Positions 31,901 to 39,169 are shown, numbered from the stretch's first letter. The stretch is DNA of 64,000 bases from an uncultured virus (IMG/VR IMGVR_UViG_3300006417_000225) (IMGVR_UViG_3300006417_000225), one strand, 5' to 3'. Translations and numbers: made by a program. The notes: generated by a model from the letters alone, not told the origin.

Positions 31901-33601
31901 CTGATTGTAAAGCTCAGACATTTGATTAGCTACAATATTATTATTTTCTTTTATTTGGTCTTGCTGACTTAAATATTTTCCTCTAACCGTAGAAAGAAGT
32001 TCACCTTTATAATTTTTTATTTTTTTATTTAAAATTTCAGCTTTAACCTTATCTTCTTTTGAATCAGTTAAAGAAGCTAATTCCTTTTCTGCAATATCTA
32101 TATTTTTTTGTATCTTATTATATCTAATATTACTTGCTATTTTATTCCCATATCTTGCTACACCATTTTGAAGTCCTGCACCAAAAACACCCATTAATCC
32201 TTCTAATATTGCCTGATTAGTAGTAGAATATTTTAAAATAGCTTCTAATCCTGTACCTTTATCCTCATCATATTTTAAACCAGCCCTATATATTCTATTA
32301 AGTTCTTTATTACTTTGATTTGTTATGTTGCTTTCAATACCACTTTGCAACATTTCTTCTATTCCCTGTAATGCACCTTGTGTTATTGGACTTGTTACAC
32401 TAAGCCAACTACTTACTTTAGTTGGATTAAAATCTTTAAACCATTGTCTAAAACCACCACCCACTAATCCTTTTTTTCCAGCTCTTCCAAATATAGCATT
32501 CATTTGAAGTATATCTGTAGCCATCATCCATGTATTTTGTAGCCTTAAATCACTAGCTTCATTTGCTGCATATTTTTTAGCTACATCTTCTGGTATACCA
32601 GCTTGTATTAATTCTTCTACTCTTTGTTTGTAATGGTCAAGCCCCATTACAATACCTTCCATTTGATTAGCTACAAATCCATGGGGTAATCCTGATATAA
32701 ATTCACCAGCAGTTTCTCCAAATACATTTGTTAATTTTGAAGCAGCATTTGCTGTTCTTGCAGCACCAACTCCAATTCTTTGTATTATTCCTATTTTTGA
32801 CAATTGAGCTGCATCTACAGCAGCTCCTAATATACCACTAGCTGTTGCACCTAATCCTTTTGTTGTTAAAGCAATAGCTCCAAATTCAATTGCTGATTCA
32901 ATAATACCTTGTACACCACTCCAAAACATTGAACTATCCATAGATAAAGGTCTATCAGGGTCAGTGTATATAGGCATAGATTCGTGAATATTATCTGATG
33001 CATTTGAAAGAGTTTTAGCTACTGCATTTTGCTCCCAATCAAATTGCCAATTATATGGGTTAAATATACCCCCTTTCTGATATCCTTCACTTCCTTCTCC
33101 TTCATAATTTGGTATTAAATTAGGTATAGATGCTATAGCTCTTAGAGCTCTCATTACACCACTTGTAATACCACCAGTAATAGCATATCCAGCTTGTTGC
33201 CAACCTGATTGTTGATCAGATGCTCTTTGTGAGAAATTATCATCTATATTGAATGTTGCGTCATCACCAAGAGCATCAAAAGCTGTATATGGATTAAATC
33301 CCAGTGTGTAAGAATCTGTTGTATCTTTATAGTATGGATTATTACCTCTTACTGATTGTAATAAATCATTTAAAGATGTAGTATTAGAAAATTCCTCTGC
33401 CTTATCTCTGAGAGCAGCTTGTGCAGCAGCTTCTTCCATTTCCTTTTTACTTAATTTAGGATTTTTTATTTGTTCTACCCTCTTCATAGAACCTATACTT
33501 GGTAAAACACTTTGTTTAGATTGTTTAATTAATGGTATACCACTCTTAGGCGTTATGTTACCTTGGTTTTCTGGTGTTATAATTTTATCGTTATCTGGCA
33601 T
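16934..33601 (-). CDS. Giant virion-associated DNA-dependent RNA polymerase polyprotein (crAss-like two-barrel vRNAP), 5555 aa
   Basis: ARIPNQGHSSM followed by QMGSDFDVDKLY (DFDVD at 22439-22453), the metal-binding loop type of phi14:2/crAss vRNAP. Also a zincin HERTH...HEFVA, a PD-(D/E)xK nuclease motif and long coiled-coil regions. Confidence 0.9.
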   Translation of the reverse strand: MPDNDKIITPENQGNITPKSGIPLIKQSKQSVLPSIGSMKRVEQIKNPKLSKKEMEEAAAQAALRDKAEEFSNTTSLNDLLQSVRGNNPYYKDTTDSYTLGFNPYTAFDALGDDATFNIDDNFSQRASDQQSGWQQAGYAITGGITSGVMRALRAIASIPNLIPNYEGEGSEGYQKGGIFNPYNWQFDWEQNAVAKTLSNASDNIHESMPIYTDPDRPLSMDSSMFWSGVQGIIESAIEFGAIALTTKGLGATASGILGAAVDAAQLSKIGIIQRIGVGAARTANAASKLTNVFGETAGEFISGLPHGFVANQMEGIVMGLDHYKQRVEELIQAGIPEDVAKKYAANEASDLRLQNTWMMATDILQMNAIFGRAGKKGLVGGGFRQWFKDFNPTKVSSWLSVTSPITQGALQGIEEMLQSGIESNITNQSNKELNRIYRAGLKYDEDKGTGLEAILKYSTTNQAILEGLMGVFGAGLQNGVARYGNKIASNIRYNKIQKNIDIAEKELASLTDSKEDKVKAEILNKKIKNYKGELLSTVRGKYLSQQDQIKENNNIVANQMSELYNQMEAYSDAIDKGDDVTSDTIEGNLFSGLMLRNLTAGTDEHFISQLEDYAKGKKEAESLFGVSTEESREKAKELASRAREMQKSWDEFSTQSNATQKFWHQENVLNTSRGIPKMTERISKIEESLNEKIRERDEAAKKVNPNAVEFKDLDTLKTVQYQEEEFKEKGKRLKELTAKDNLSPEEVRERKQLYDKEKKEHENEQDKKREAFEAEKNEFLKDKELVRAKKTLEELKKVKDDSSRALGYLKSVQFDVVDKHLNDFFYKHKFDNTDKDLDELEKLVKTRYAINDDGKEFLLNKIKAYREQVELKRKIDNIIAENEDFKNKAKDRENEIKEKLDNFDENTDLRVTFETPDGVTVKAKVYEIDEDNIFLLTDNPLTPKLFIDRKKFIEWYKNGDIRTLDEDFEIYDSEKEAIKLKLEKKVKDIQEFIDIWKLEEIRIDGKISEHETTLAKLEALLQSNIKVSNDFIAELAEQGLGNYTKWAGWSSIETFDELLDHVKKLKTTDAYNVAKLLTSTNEELESLRDSNPEIINSSLMELKSKLEDELSELEKPIDVPVTPEMEDKIFQEVTEKIEKRIKDIRKKIELQNKKIAKAKKGADLAEFEAGLKALQEKEELANSLDELLKIVDDKIDKKVKQIKSKKELYREGKKEEIRDKILELEIQIEENTLKIDKEALIRVENAQKLKREIENDLDNIQYLHNAILNLKEKLESFSRIKQDVQKRLDYYKGLQEDNTFTEVTDRVISERVNRLSERLSGIDKLINKLTDIIDKAYNFLKDSLESLEKWGIKISSVEKKLRDDLEGKVFDQKETHKQYKRRIKGYKESLDRYIDEYIIFEKDAEKAQKRYNKLQGGANKRREELREEALNLRDNIRYLEDMLYFTYLTEEEERRAAEEELARKATEGNKAEKEESEEFVLSEVNKAILNLLDDIEYKIIDSEEYKKDPGKFERLLQEISNTKELSAHANVETMEQALENIQSLLNSNFKDESESISNIKRDFKSREIPGEPVYDDSVQKVSYKSNPKNPSVFRDGKWVESTDGIQEVHPLELNEGGLTDYNITIDAQNPKLGKVSDKLYGEIIITFSNGVKALVHTSSWHLATENDEFVSQKEYESEGEKKNYYKFHTKSPIYEVLKDTKKSKKEKVREIVKIIKQQGDGVKFINSNKFAKENVDEYYERIASETIDTYNHRQDLINKGIVKSKIINISKGSLRESGMKPSNSVLDTSYELKLGQTDKQKSEKAISPSGIYVKIPVKSNIDGKPRYSEVLLQPRTINDEDYENAANAALEWLKNDNKIKPTAAMMALVKYLPIRTHKENGAIDFDYNKDEKRVIKIGNRRFTEDISGEDKEKFLQLFKEAVEEEVKLSNKNEINIKQIKSELVNDNRNNPDYLIKDGKIQLIPVKDYILENTETFLNPIENNGIKYFHIQPIYEYKINNKEEVVSGEEQTKSVEVLKSLSEEYKKFKPNNDVYESIDGEIKLIRVSKYIGKSFDGGKYPASITAGNYVDAIGRYYFDHTSHNYEDFVKEFKESRNYLEDLESKNNDENKSKYLQFIDNSENSKQIFNRTLELFEEIEGKIREIPGLEDAVIFSKEILLSYYFNEEKENNGILSDGIGGSTDLIAVDSEGNFHIFDIKSTITNTDTLEKKIEKNELNWKAQQDVYSEMLERLTGKDVTTNIIAIGVNYTQEGEIPLGFKVDSNEIFNIERDRGIRTEDLIKSGEGKPLESYPIIKLAGKSVINKSDDPEYDAAIVKEKDGRFYVENKLTKEIKYGKIIDNKWVFDSEDNYIKNETDPGINNNAIVAPKNEEDNNEFLNIPFSIAIDRDIVRDQATSVIASWNGNSIPFDLQTTLVDKVFIVALAKIHGKYYKESAERDEKKLKESILEILESDINNSKSTSKDLLNIEEYYDVIWNQAKIKLQSTGISLRTIAKKISPDLKEEELEDGETGADKGPAERFGVEIFEIDDFDTVSHIVKTAIALTPKATLNEKGNPVYIRDSQTGYIKFLDVEDTVRALRRILSGIPNLTFFKNDMLDTSIEELLKKEAENSGKKHYLALFEYMKTWDTATRNALVSNFKNVKNNFKTIYWNVKDGKLESNNIDSIRDNGAGILVQQWGSYYLDEANGFVERDTEYNLKLTEKSREIYNKYKEIQAAFYRNKDKDAAIEKLLPLFFEMGINIKKEDLKFIFEKSADYTEIIQGKRIYFNPMNDTSPFGKLFTWMRDVKEGDYISKRNPFKDAENFFKELGIFISSRSDNEYSESFRSKDGSTRFAYTTFDLMTQVATALKNGTFNELYGDLLGAFGKSQRYSIDTAFNFSMITESSEKGNSLAVPVNSMTPLEREATILSLLFNGGSDTRHIISPTNSDKSRIFTISVKNIFSDNHGKHTIDRSIDPLLRGVQAESDRMSTKGGDTGDSRFEEGHKFYYTMPQINYAVAKELITNHLKSIWSDKNLQNGIREFNSKYKKGEKPSADALNNPGIAEYFLMAGKLPNNAENIQVEDLVDLIMDVNYTSFGKSMIVNNDNYFVSFMAARVFNENVEKIKDRWNKLGIATLEGKESKILIDEKWIKNTKINYPVNNGKGSFEEKIEKYHEEVLDTAAREYLYLTKDSNLSFYQTISGDPAISFKKGKGYDGSIPVNEMSAKVVLKTISATNKEVIKRNAKNLASGKLLNFYVWDGTKFYEQKEYTVTVIKDDERNSLIKELHKIKQYNNMNVADAYELTTGIEFLNVEWANNGDGHLSEELYKRIYEKLKYQDSLEWDRDVPEKYLLTDEELLVVNGAQKPVQVSPIKYENNSNLTGRFYGKSAAFPLIHQLIKGTELAKLKKALNRQKIDRALFESAVKNGAIRPTTVWENGKFNEIGKLHPIKLKRSGFYIQNEIPYDPTKKEILLVSQMDKLITDHFATNHPEYKYKKAEIRKAMFNAAKQELMKHLDIGEVTDADGNKIYILNDKRKLIDVLKKEVERRGYSINDISSLEMDSWGNLKIPLFFNPIANKLESVLTSFLSKTIRQKVHGQSYVQASAIGIVTVDEYEDTNKKGGIIRIPTYDKNGNKVKRDATPRFIRSEDGKVEAAEVYVPWKFLKNNEIIEISKYIDEDGDLDVSKIDPKLLQLITARIPNQGHSSMLPVKIIGFLPSNRNTIIVPLEIVGQMGSDFDVDKLYAYMWNYKVFKDGRIVLHDSNEKRRREIRDEINEKYEEENIKLRKERNKSLQEYLKDSDDEYKKLLDKKKKELKINEEIKKFLKPLRNKKDRTEEEEEDYQENLVNLEESEANLKKINNEIFEYIKSKKGQDLTKDLENKNKKINDLYDKITDEINKKYTEEGIEKGNEDLSKLDLKTLQNRYFDLHWEILTHPEMLDIIRKPLDLDDLKEQAQEIEDNKNAFDEEYSITDPLYNTDSYFENRAGKEGVAIESIALTLNAILQNGGQFKLKNGALPMEFIVLNDFKLTNLGIDSRSTYKGEERSITDNIKNIQNEALDNAKNGNLGVLNFNKNTFNAINALLMLSSEDGKSLSNEYTVALITHPAVLNYIEQREYTFNSYRKNYSRKADNLLRKNLGAYATNQIIVPSIESLKNGSASNKEVLNLFFALDELGQQLSILNKAIDASTKGLGKSFIESKLKSLLYEEMIINGDSRSLFYNISIDGLEQLRDTEYGYAVEDVVSFSNAITEHLYPYEKMMNKLYNYFKVQGIEVNEKDWRKIFEEYKSYVFSNDLFYSDDVVSERKRLLRGEDNIFKRFKEIKKDPERGNVGDYLLRSLFVEIFNEEKVLKYPAARTERLDSHYGTLSLLQLLNSPIDKYREFAKDFITYTYLTNANQSPYNFIKFMPYSVLVSLSNKLTKEQNKLENGDINYESFLTQLVQHSPSFAPINYDLRIDDFDHIPLKSEILEKLKKYEDMPDTSLKAHIIKKLYAYLNLYNDSKINLFDVNNDEGSIAPFVRILVKDVEGDHEVIFKIVRSKNGFKGEYLKNKSDSFYKKYVYDADFVKSIPIEQNRDRSFVEEAEEYFGLKNQEVVNGDTAFNKILNDGNDVQREMVKVLDQIKERPKIKMDTESDSPGKYGNNVIYINPLKPGVSFDMDAKEDFIYTLIHERTHHMLYDKIEKGDLTEKEKEILGRIEGLRHQAIALLNEDERKEFLAFCKTYEKLMDKSTKDRVDKMKKSDEKIEPLSSLTSDLKSKYYGLLNNHEFVAMAWSDEGFQKSLNKKSGIIFDKIIDTIVNLLKEIEKRITGIDNDSILAQTLSQSVQLMKEFNNNENPKFKPNTPVIVNKIIEQMHGSTAELYMDNAVAKSFIATQAIASSKSGTTSKVEEAFGNKANTGIYSDSDIVMFSANGNRRKDKTSVVQEENGVITLTDEYENIQKAVNAGAHIVNDSDQHLANTNSKFGNYNTGEIEFEKWMKNNASNYEKTHVTIKVNDNNIKIGYWKPKNSKVKIEDGKVEINYVTPSDVVKTRGDKSKKSTVVNRKVKPAEEVKGINFLRTNDAFVRQLIPMFNNVSFKYEGKKYENLIHAFETWKSGNFNEEVYTLGVGKTSNSSLSLFSFSNEEDTSLSKNILKKLIYERMSQNSELVDGIAERGGLEFLKKSTFKLSSDDTLVNNFLDLTAEAYSKLENGISEKKQKDSKEKSKDTKEKSKATAKTENTKKDKEIKKYYSITEEIVHEDVEELGKDIKNATKKYSVEQSLYTDKLIKDSIGKGNKLTFKKEKRVFSVKGGETRASALLSIAEGDRTRVSVSKSVVESIKERAKLQGIKKGVKGTIIYFQDKDKNSPTYGSGVWVRIISDFFEPKREGFEKEGMIYSGKIGGKNDKEYYDKVWEFYEPLLSESSSFDFEVLKGENFKIAEKDKLDKPEKNAEEAKKFSRELKEKAISNEITQEEIDEVNNILNNLPYSISINNSSEFFLPKSMIKKFSNNSIDTGIRNNGKEVEIYINNASDAIINMILAKYIDKGVIEYTVSNLFDNNYVIRIPLSKLNIDNINNPQDRIENLELDFNFEIC

Positions 33602-36600
33602 ATTTTTGTGAAACTTCTATATGTAAATGATTATGTCCTGACTTTCCGTGATATTGCATTGCATAAGTTGTACCTCTTATTGTTGCATATACAATACCAC
33701 CAGAAGGATTTTCTTTATTGTAATTAGTCATTAATTTGTTATAGCTACTTTCTGGGTCAGATGTTAGTTTGGCAATAGCCATTACAAATTCTTGTTCTTT
33801 TTTAAATGTTCTTCCACCAATAGGTACTAATATATCAACAGCTTGCCCAGAACCATGTCTTCCATCATCTCCTGGTCTGTACCCAGAACTAAATTCATGT
33901 TTAGATGGGTCTAGTAGACCTGCATTTCCTAATAATATTTTCATATCATCTAACATTGTTTTAGAGATGTTTTTTGTACTTACACTATTGTTTTGTTTAT
34001 TTAAAGATTTTGATATATAAGCACTATAGTCCTTTTGTTGTCCACTGCCTGATCCAGACAATCCCATTTCTTTAAGCTCTCTTTCATTAAATCCTTTTGC
34101 TAATCCACTTGCTCCCTCTACTCCATGATGATGTATAGCCCACATGGCCTGATAATCATTCATTTGTATCCCTTTAGCAGCATAAGCAGCTTTTGTTTTT
34201 TCTACAAAAGGCTTATAAGATTCTTCTAATTTATCCATTAACTTCTCTTGGGCTTTAGGTGAATGTAAAAATTGATACAAAAGTGCATTATTTGCACCAA
34301 AATCTTGGCCTTTACTTTTTAATAAATTTTCAAATCTGTGATAATCATCTTTATATCTTGAATTTATAGAAGATAAGTCATAACCATTTTGCACAAGATC
34401 TTGGGCTTGATTCATAAATTCAATTATTGTCTTCCCATTAGATTTTGTATTAATTTGATACCTACCTAAATCTAGGGACTTAGCATTAAATCCAACCTCA
34501 TTATAAGATTTTTCTTTTGAAACTCCTGTTGTTTCTATATTAGCTGTAAAGTCTTTAAAATTATTAAAAGAAACATCAGAGGTTGATGTCTGAGACTTTC
34601 CCACACTGGTCGCACCCCCTCCCTGAGTGCTATTGGTTTTATTATTTGTTTCATTTGCTTTGTTATAAGAATCTACCTTATATTTTCTATATATCAATTT
34701 TGCTAATTCGTAATTACCATTAACTTCTACACTTTCTCCTGAAGAAGTTGTTAATTTATACCTGTTATCTTTTAAATTTTCAATAGTATATTTAGTATCA
34801 CCAAAAGACATTGATGTTTTAGCACCAACTTTTCCTTGTGTTTTATTGGCTATATTTTTAAATATCTGTACAGCAAATCCAGTAGCTTCTGGTACATTCC
34901 CATTAAACCTTGCATCTGGAAGTGCAAATTGCATATCAAGCATGTTATAAGAAATAACTTCCCTGTTTATATTTTCATCAGATATTTTTATATTTTTAGG
35001 GTTATTTTCAAAAACATAAGAACCATTAGGATTTCTTAATGGCTCCCCATTATCTTTTTCTTTTGGCTTACCAGCAACAGCATTTAATGAATAAGTACCT
35101 GTTGTAGGATCAAAAGAAATGTTTTTAACATTTAATCTCTCCCCAGCCTCTCCTTTGTATTTAGCTCCACTGGATAGTGTAGCATGTCCAGTAGACGATC
35201 TTATACTTGTTTCTGTATCTTCATTTAAATATATACTTAGGATATTTTTAGTGTCATTATCCTCCATATTTAGGATATAACCGGAATTAACTCCTTTTGC
35301 ACCTTCAAAGCCCCTTGTATTGCTATATTTGTCAAACCATTTCTGTTCATAACTATTTAAAACATCTATATAATTATCAACATGTTTTATTTCTTCCTGG
35401 TTTTTTAATTTCTTTTGGTATTCTCTTAAAGCATCTTTTTTCTCTTTTAATGTTTTGGCCTTAAAATTACTTGCGGAAATGTAAGCAGAAAATCTAATTT
35501 TAAAAGGATTGCCAGCATTTGATTTAGCTATCCAAGAAGATTCCCCACTAGTATTTAGGTCTTCATTAGCTTTTTTATAATCATCTGACATATAAAAATC
35601 TTCTACATCTTTCTTTAAAAGACTCTTATCAAGTTCTCCTATTTCAGCATATATTTCTCTTGCTCTTCCAGCCAATTCATTATATCTTTTTTCCCATTCC
35701 TTACCTTCATCTGTTAATGGGAATCCACGATAAGTTCTTTTTACACTACTTGTCCTACTCCCTTTTTCTTTGTTCTTTAGCAATTCAGCTTGTTCAAGAC
35801 CTATTCTATTAAGTTCTGCATTTAATTCTTTCTTTTGAGATTCTATATTTTCTAAATAGTTACTAGGATTTATTAAATCATTTTTAACATCTTGTTGCGT
35901 TAGCCCAATCAATCCATCATCTGAAACACTTGCAACGTTTAACCCGCCAGATGGTGTGATTGTTATACCTTTCTCTTTTGGAAATTGATATAAAAGTCTT
36001 GGATCACCCTTTAATGATTTTAAACTGCTATCTATGTTATCAGTACTTGCATTTTCTGTAACTGTTGTTTTACCCGAAGCGTATCCTTCAGGTCTGAAAT
36101 AATTTCCATTACCCATATCAACAGCCCCTTTTCTATATTCACCAATAACTGAATTACTAAAAGACTCAAAACTATCATAAATATTCCTCAAGTGTCTTTC
36201 ATTTTTATTCCATTCTGCCGCTAAATTCCCTGATATATCTTTTAACCATGTGCCTTTCATAACTTCACCATTAATATTTGCAACACCATCTTCCCCCATC
36301 CCCATATATGTCTTCATCCTTGAATTGAATTTATCAATATCAAATGCTCTTAAACTTCCAATATTGAATCCTAATGTTGGGTCCATACTGCCATCCCCAC
36401 CAGCATAACCATAATATTTACTTTGAAAATCATTCCATGCATCTTCATCCAAATCCTTTAACTGAGAAGCTTGTTTTTCTATATTTTTATACCTCAACCA
36501 CTGAGCTAAAGCCTCTTTTAATTTTGGATTACTTCTCATTGAATTTGAAAGTTTGAACATGCTATTATAAATATTCTGATAATTTGGATTATCAGTTGTA

Positions 36601-36923
36601 AATTCATAATCTATCTCCTTCCTGATAGGGTCTACAGCATTATTAACCTCTTCCATAACAGATTTTTGCCATGGATTTTCAGCATTTAAACTAAGATTAT
36701 CAAGACTCTCATTGAATTTTATAATTTGATCAGTTGTTTTTATTCTTCTTTCAAATTCATACCTTCTTTGTTCTTCATCTGCCCTTCTTTTTTCTTCTTC
36801 CATTTTCTTGAATGTAAGAGCAGTATTTAAAATACTTGCTACATCAACACCCTTTGTTGCAGTTGGTTGATATTCAACAAATGAAGATTGTGGTAGTACG
36901 CTTATTGGAAATACTTGTGCCAT
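33591..36923 (-). CDS. Virion cargo protein with a lytic transglycosylase/lysozyme-like domain and a C-terminal M15-type Zn peptidase, 1110 aa
   Basis: ANIETTG..SYN..LGRYQIN (lysozyme-like) and SSGYRPGDDGRHGSGQAVDI...HNHLHI (M15 H-x6-D...HxH). Confidence 0.7.
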   Translation of the reverse strand: MAQVFPISVLPQSSFVEYQPTATKGVDVASILNTALTFKKMEEEKRRADEEQRRYEFERRIKTTDQIIKFNESLDNLSLNAENPWQKSVMEEVNNAVDPIRKEIDYEFTTDNPNYQNIYNSMFKLSNSMRSNPKLKEALAQWLRYKNIEKQASQLKDLDEDAWNDFQSKYYGYAGGDGSMDPTLGFNIGSLRAFDIDKFNSRMKTYMGMGEDGVANINGEVMKGTWLKDISGNLAAEWNKNERHLRNIYDSFESFSNSVIGEYRKGAVDMGNGNYFRPEGYASGKTTVTENASTDNIDSSLKSLKGDPRLLYQFPKEKGITITPSGGLNVASVSDDGLIGLTQQDVKNDLINPSNYLENIESQKKELNAELNRIGLEQAELLKNKEKGSRTSSVKRTYRGFPLTDEGKEWEKRYNELAGRAREIYAEIGELDKSLLKKDVEDFYMSDDYKKANEDLNTSGESSWIAKSNAGNPFKIRFSAYISASNFKAKTLKEKKDALREYQKKLKNQEEIKHVDNYIDVLNSYEQKWFDKYSNTRGFEGAKGVNSGYILNMEDNDTKNILSIYLNEDTETSIRSSTGHATLSSGAKYKGEAGERLNVKNISFDPTTGTYSLNAVAGKPKEKDNGEPLRNPNGSYVFENNPKNIKISDENINREVISYNMLDMQFALPDARFNGNVPEATGFAVQIFKNIANKTQGKVGAKTSMSFGDTKYTIENLKDNRYKLTTSSGESVEVNGNYELAKLIYRKYKVDSYNKANETNNKTNSTQGGGATSVGKSQTSTSDVSFNNFKDFTANIETTGVSKEKSYNEVGFNAKSLDLGRYQINTKSNGKTIIEFMNQAQDLVQNGYDLSSINSRYKDDYHRFENLLKSKGQDFGANNALLYQFLHSPKAQEKLMDKLEESYKPFVEKTKAAYAAKGIQMNDYQAMWAIHHHGVEGASGLAKGFNERELKEMGLSGSGSGQQKDYSAYISKSLNKQNNSVSTKNISKTMLDDMKILLGNAGLLDPSKHEFSSGYRPGDDGRHGSGQAVDILVPIGGRTFKKEQEFVMAIAKLTSDPESSYNKLMTNYNKENPSGGIVYATIRGTTYAMQYHGKSGHNHLHIEVSQKYAR

Positions 36924-36928
36924 TTATT

Positions 36929-39094
36929 TCAGATATTTTTCACTAATTCCATTTGAATTAAATTATTGTATAATTGTTGTCTTTGTAAATTCTTATCAAG
37001 ATTTAACTTGCTAATATAATCAAAGTATTTATTATTTAATGCCATATCCTGATTAATTTTATTAACATTAAGATTTGCTAAATTAGCAATATTTGAATTT
37101 GAGGCAGCTCTCATTTGTTCCCTTGCCCCAACATCAAATTGAGATTGTTGAGTTCTAACAGCTGACAGTGCTTGTTGATATGCACTTTCAAGACCTAAAT
37201 TCTGTTGGGCAGCTTGAGCAGCCATTTGGTTATTTGCATTTACAGTTTGCCCAAGTGCATTGCCAATATAACTCATAGCTCTTCCATAATCACCTGTATT
37301 TTCAAGAGCTGCACTTGCTGTACTCCTCAATGCTTTATTATTATTCCAATTTAGGTAGTCATAATAACCTTTACCCATAGTTCTTGGGGTATTAACCCTT
37401 GCAACTTTAGGAGCCTCTGAGAAAGCATCTTGAGATAATACGCCAACCATTCCTGCTAATGTTCCCATTGCATTTCCTGTAAGGTTTTGGAATAATAAGT
37501 TTCTTGCTCCTTTTAATCCTTGTTTGTATCTTGGCTCAACCTCATCTAAATCCCTTTGTATTTGGTCTCTAACCATTTGCATATACTTAGATTCTTCTTC
37601 AGCAGAACCATCTCCAACTTTTTGTTCTTTAACTTGTTTTGACATATCTACATTGTCTTTTATACTATCAAGATCAAATGGTTCTTGAGTAACAATCTTT
37701 TTATTACCAAATTCATCTGTTACAATAGTTTTATTATCTGGTGTAGTTTCTGTTGATACTTCAATATTAAAATTTGGCCATGGAATCTGAGGTTTAATTG
37801 CACTTATATCAGATGTATTTCCAAAAGGATTATAAGTTATTTGAGATTTATTATTAGAGGCATATTTACCTAATGCTAACATTTGATTTAAATTAAATAT
37901 TGCACCTCTTTGTAATATATCCTTTGTTTCCTGACTTTGTAATTTTGGATCAAGACGAAAAGGTTTGTTTATTGGTGGCAGTTTTATACCTTCCTGATCT
38001 TGTATTCCAAGACCAATACCAGTTCCTCTAAAACCTGGGTTACTATCTTGTGCAATACTATACTTTTGAGGTTCATTTTGCAATCCAAGTTGTTGGGCTG
38101 CATAGGCAGCACTATCTTTATTGGTATTTGCTAAAATATTGGCTTGTTTTCCAAGAGCCATCATTTGATTTAAACTAAAAGGTGCTCCAAATATATTATA
38201 TAAAGGATTTTCATTGTCAAATAGATAAGCCCCACCAGGAGCATACATAGGAACTCCACCATATTTCATTTGTTGCATTTGCTCATCTTGAGGTTGTTGC
38301 TTTTTTTGCTTTTTCTGTTCATTCATCTGAACTAATGTTTGTAAAAAATTCATCCTTGTTCCTTTATTCATATCTGAAGCTGCTTTAGCAAATATATTAC
38401 CTTCTTGTTCTTCAAACATTGTTGGGTATTTGTCCCTCAAAATTTTTGATAATTCAGCTAAAGTATGTTTATCTTTTGTAAACAACTCTCCAAGATATTT
38501 TTCTTTTATTTTGCCTTTGTTCTTTTTTTCATCATAGGTTATAGGTGATATTCCGATTGGTATTTTATCAGCATCTTTTTTTGAGAGTTCAAACCTATTT
38601 GATAACACATATTGGTCAGGAGTTAATATATCAGTAACATCATTTCTTTTCATATCTTTGTGTAATTTATTGGCTTTTACATCAAAGATATTTCCAGAAC
38701 TATCTATAATAGTTTCTCCTTTTTCAGCTTGTATCAATTTTGGTCCTTGATCTTCAGGCATTTCACCACCATCAGGAAATCTACTTATTTTACCACCATA
38801 TTTTAATATGGAAGTAAGACCTCCTCTATTGATACTGCCTCTTGAATTCTCCATTTCATTTTGATATGTATAATAATCATTTGCTTGCATATTTGAATTT
38901 GCCATTGCCCTATTCAGCATTGTTGCACCTATACCCATTAATGGAGATGCTACTGAACCAAATAAAGACATTGCATTACCTTGTGGATAAGTCTGCTGCA
39001 TACCATTTATCAAATCATTTAAACCTCCCCAATGGAACCTTGGAATAAATCTTCTGTTTTGAAATATATTTATAGGAAATATGCTTCTACTCAT
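36929..39094 (-). CDS. Virion cargo protein, Q/N/M/A-rich, 721 aa
   Basis: First gene after the tail-stabilisation gene. It has KYGG/DGG/APGG motifs, an IQAEKGETII motif and a low-complexity helical C-terminus typical of ejected core proteins. Confidence 0.6.
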   Translation of the reverse strand: MSRSIFPINIFQNRRFIPRFHWGGLNDLINGMQQTYPQGNAMSLFGSVASPLMGIGATMLNRAMANSNMQANDYYTYQNEMENSRGSINRGGLTSILKYGGKISRFPDGGEMPEDQGPKLIQAEKGETIIDSSGNIFDVKANKLHKDMKRNDVTDILTPDQYVLSNRFELSKKDADKIPIGISPITYDEKKNKGKIKEKYLGELFTKDKHTLAELSKILRDKYPTMFEEQEGNIFAKAASDMNKGTRMNFLQTLVQMNEQKKQKKQQPQDEQMQQMKYGGVPMYAPGGAYLFDNENPLYNIFGAPFSLNQMMALGKQANILANTNKDSAAYAAQQLGLQNEPQKYSIAQDSNPGFRGTGIGLGIQDQEGIKLPPINKPFRLDPKLQSQETKDILQRGAIFNLNQMLALGKYASNNKSQITYNPFGNTSDISAIKPQIPWPNFNIEVSTETTPDNKTIVTDEFGNKKIVTQEPFDLDSIKDNVDMSKQVKEQKVGDGSAEEESKYMQMVRDQIQRDLDEVEPRYKQGLKGARNLLFQNLTGNAMGTLAGMVGVLSQDAFSEAPKVARVNTPRTMGKGYYDYLNWNNNKALRSTASAALENTGDYGRAMSYIGNALGQTVNANNQMAAQAAQQNLGLESAYQQALSAVRTQQSQFDVGAREQMRAASNSNIANLANLNVNKINQDMALNNKYFDYISKLNLDKNLQRQQLYNNLIQMELVKNI

Positions 39095-39119
39095 AATTGT
39101 ATATAGAATTTAAACATTG

Positions 39120-39167
39120 TTTGTTGATTTTCAACAAATTATAAACAACTATTCTGAGAAAATAGTT
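39120..39167. promoter_or_regulatory. Two adjacent inverted repeats upstream of the cargo/vRNAP operon
   Basis: TTTGTTGA-ttt-TCAACAAA (39120-39138) and AACTATT-n7-AATAGTT (39147-39167), lying in one of the few intergenic gaps. Confidence 0.4.
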
Positions 39168-39169
39168 TC

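Noticed and set aside
16934..33601. Intein or intron in the vRNAP gene
   Set aside because: The ORF is uninterrupted and I could not recognise intein splice motifs or LAGLIDADG/HNH blocks. The post-DFDVD insert is a charged coiled coil.
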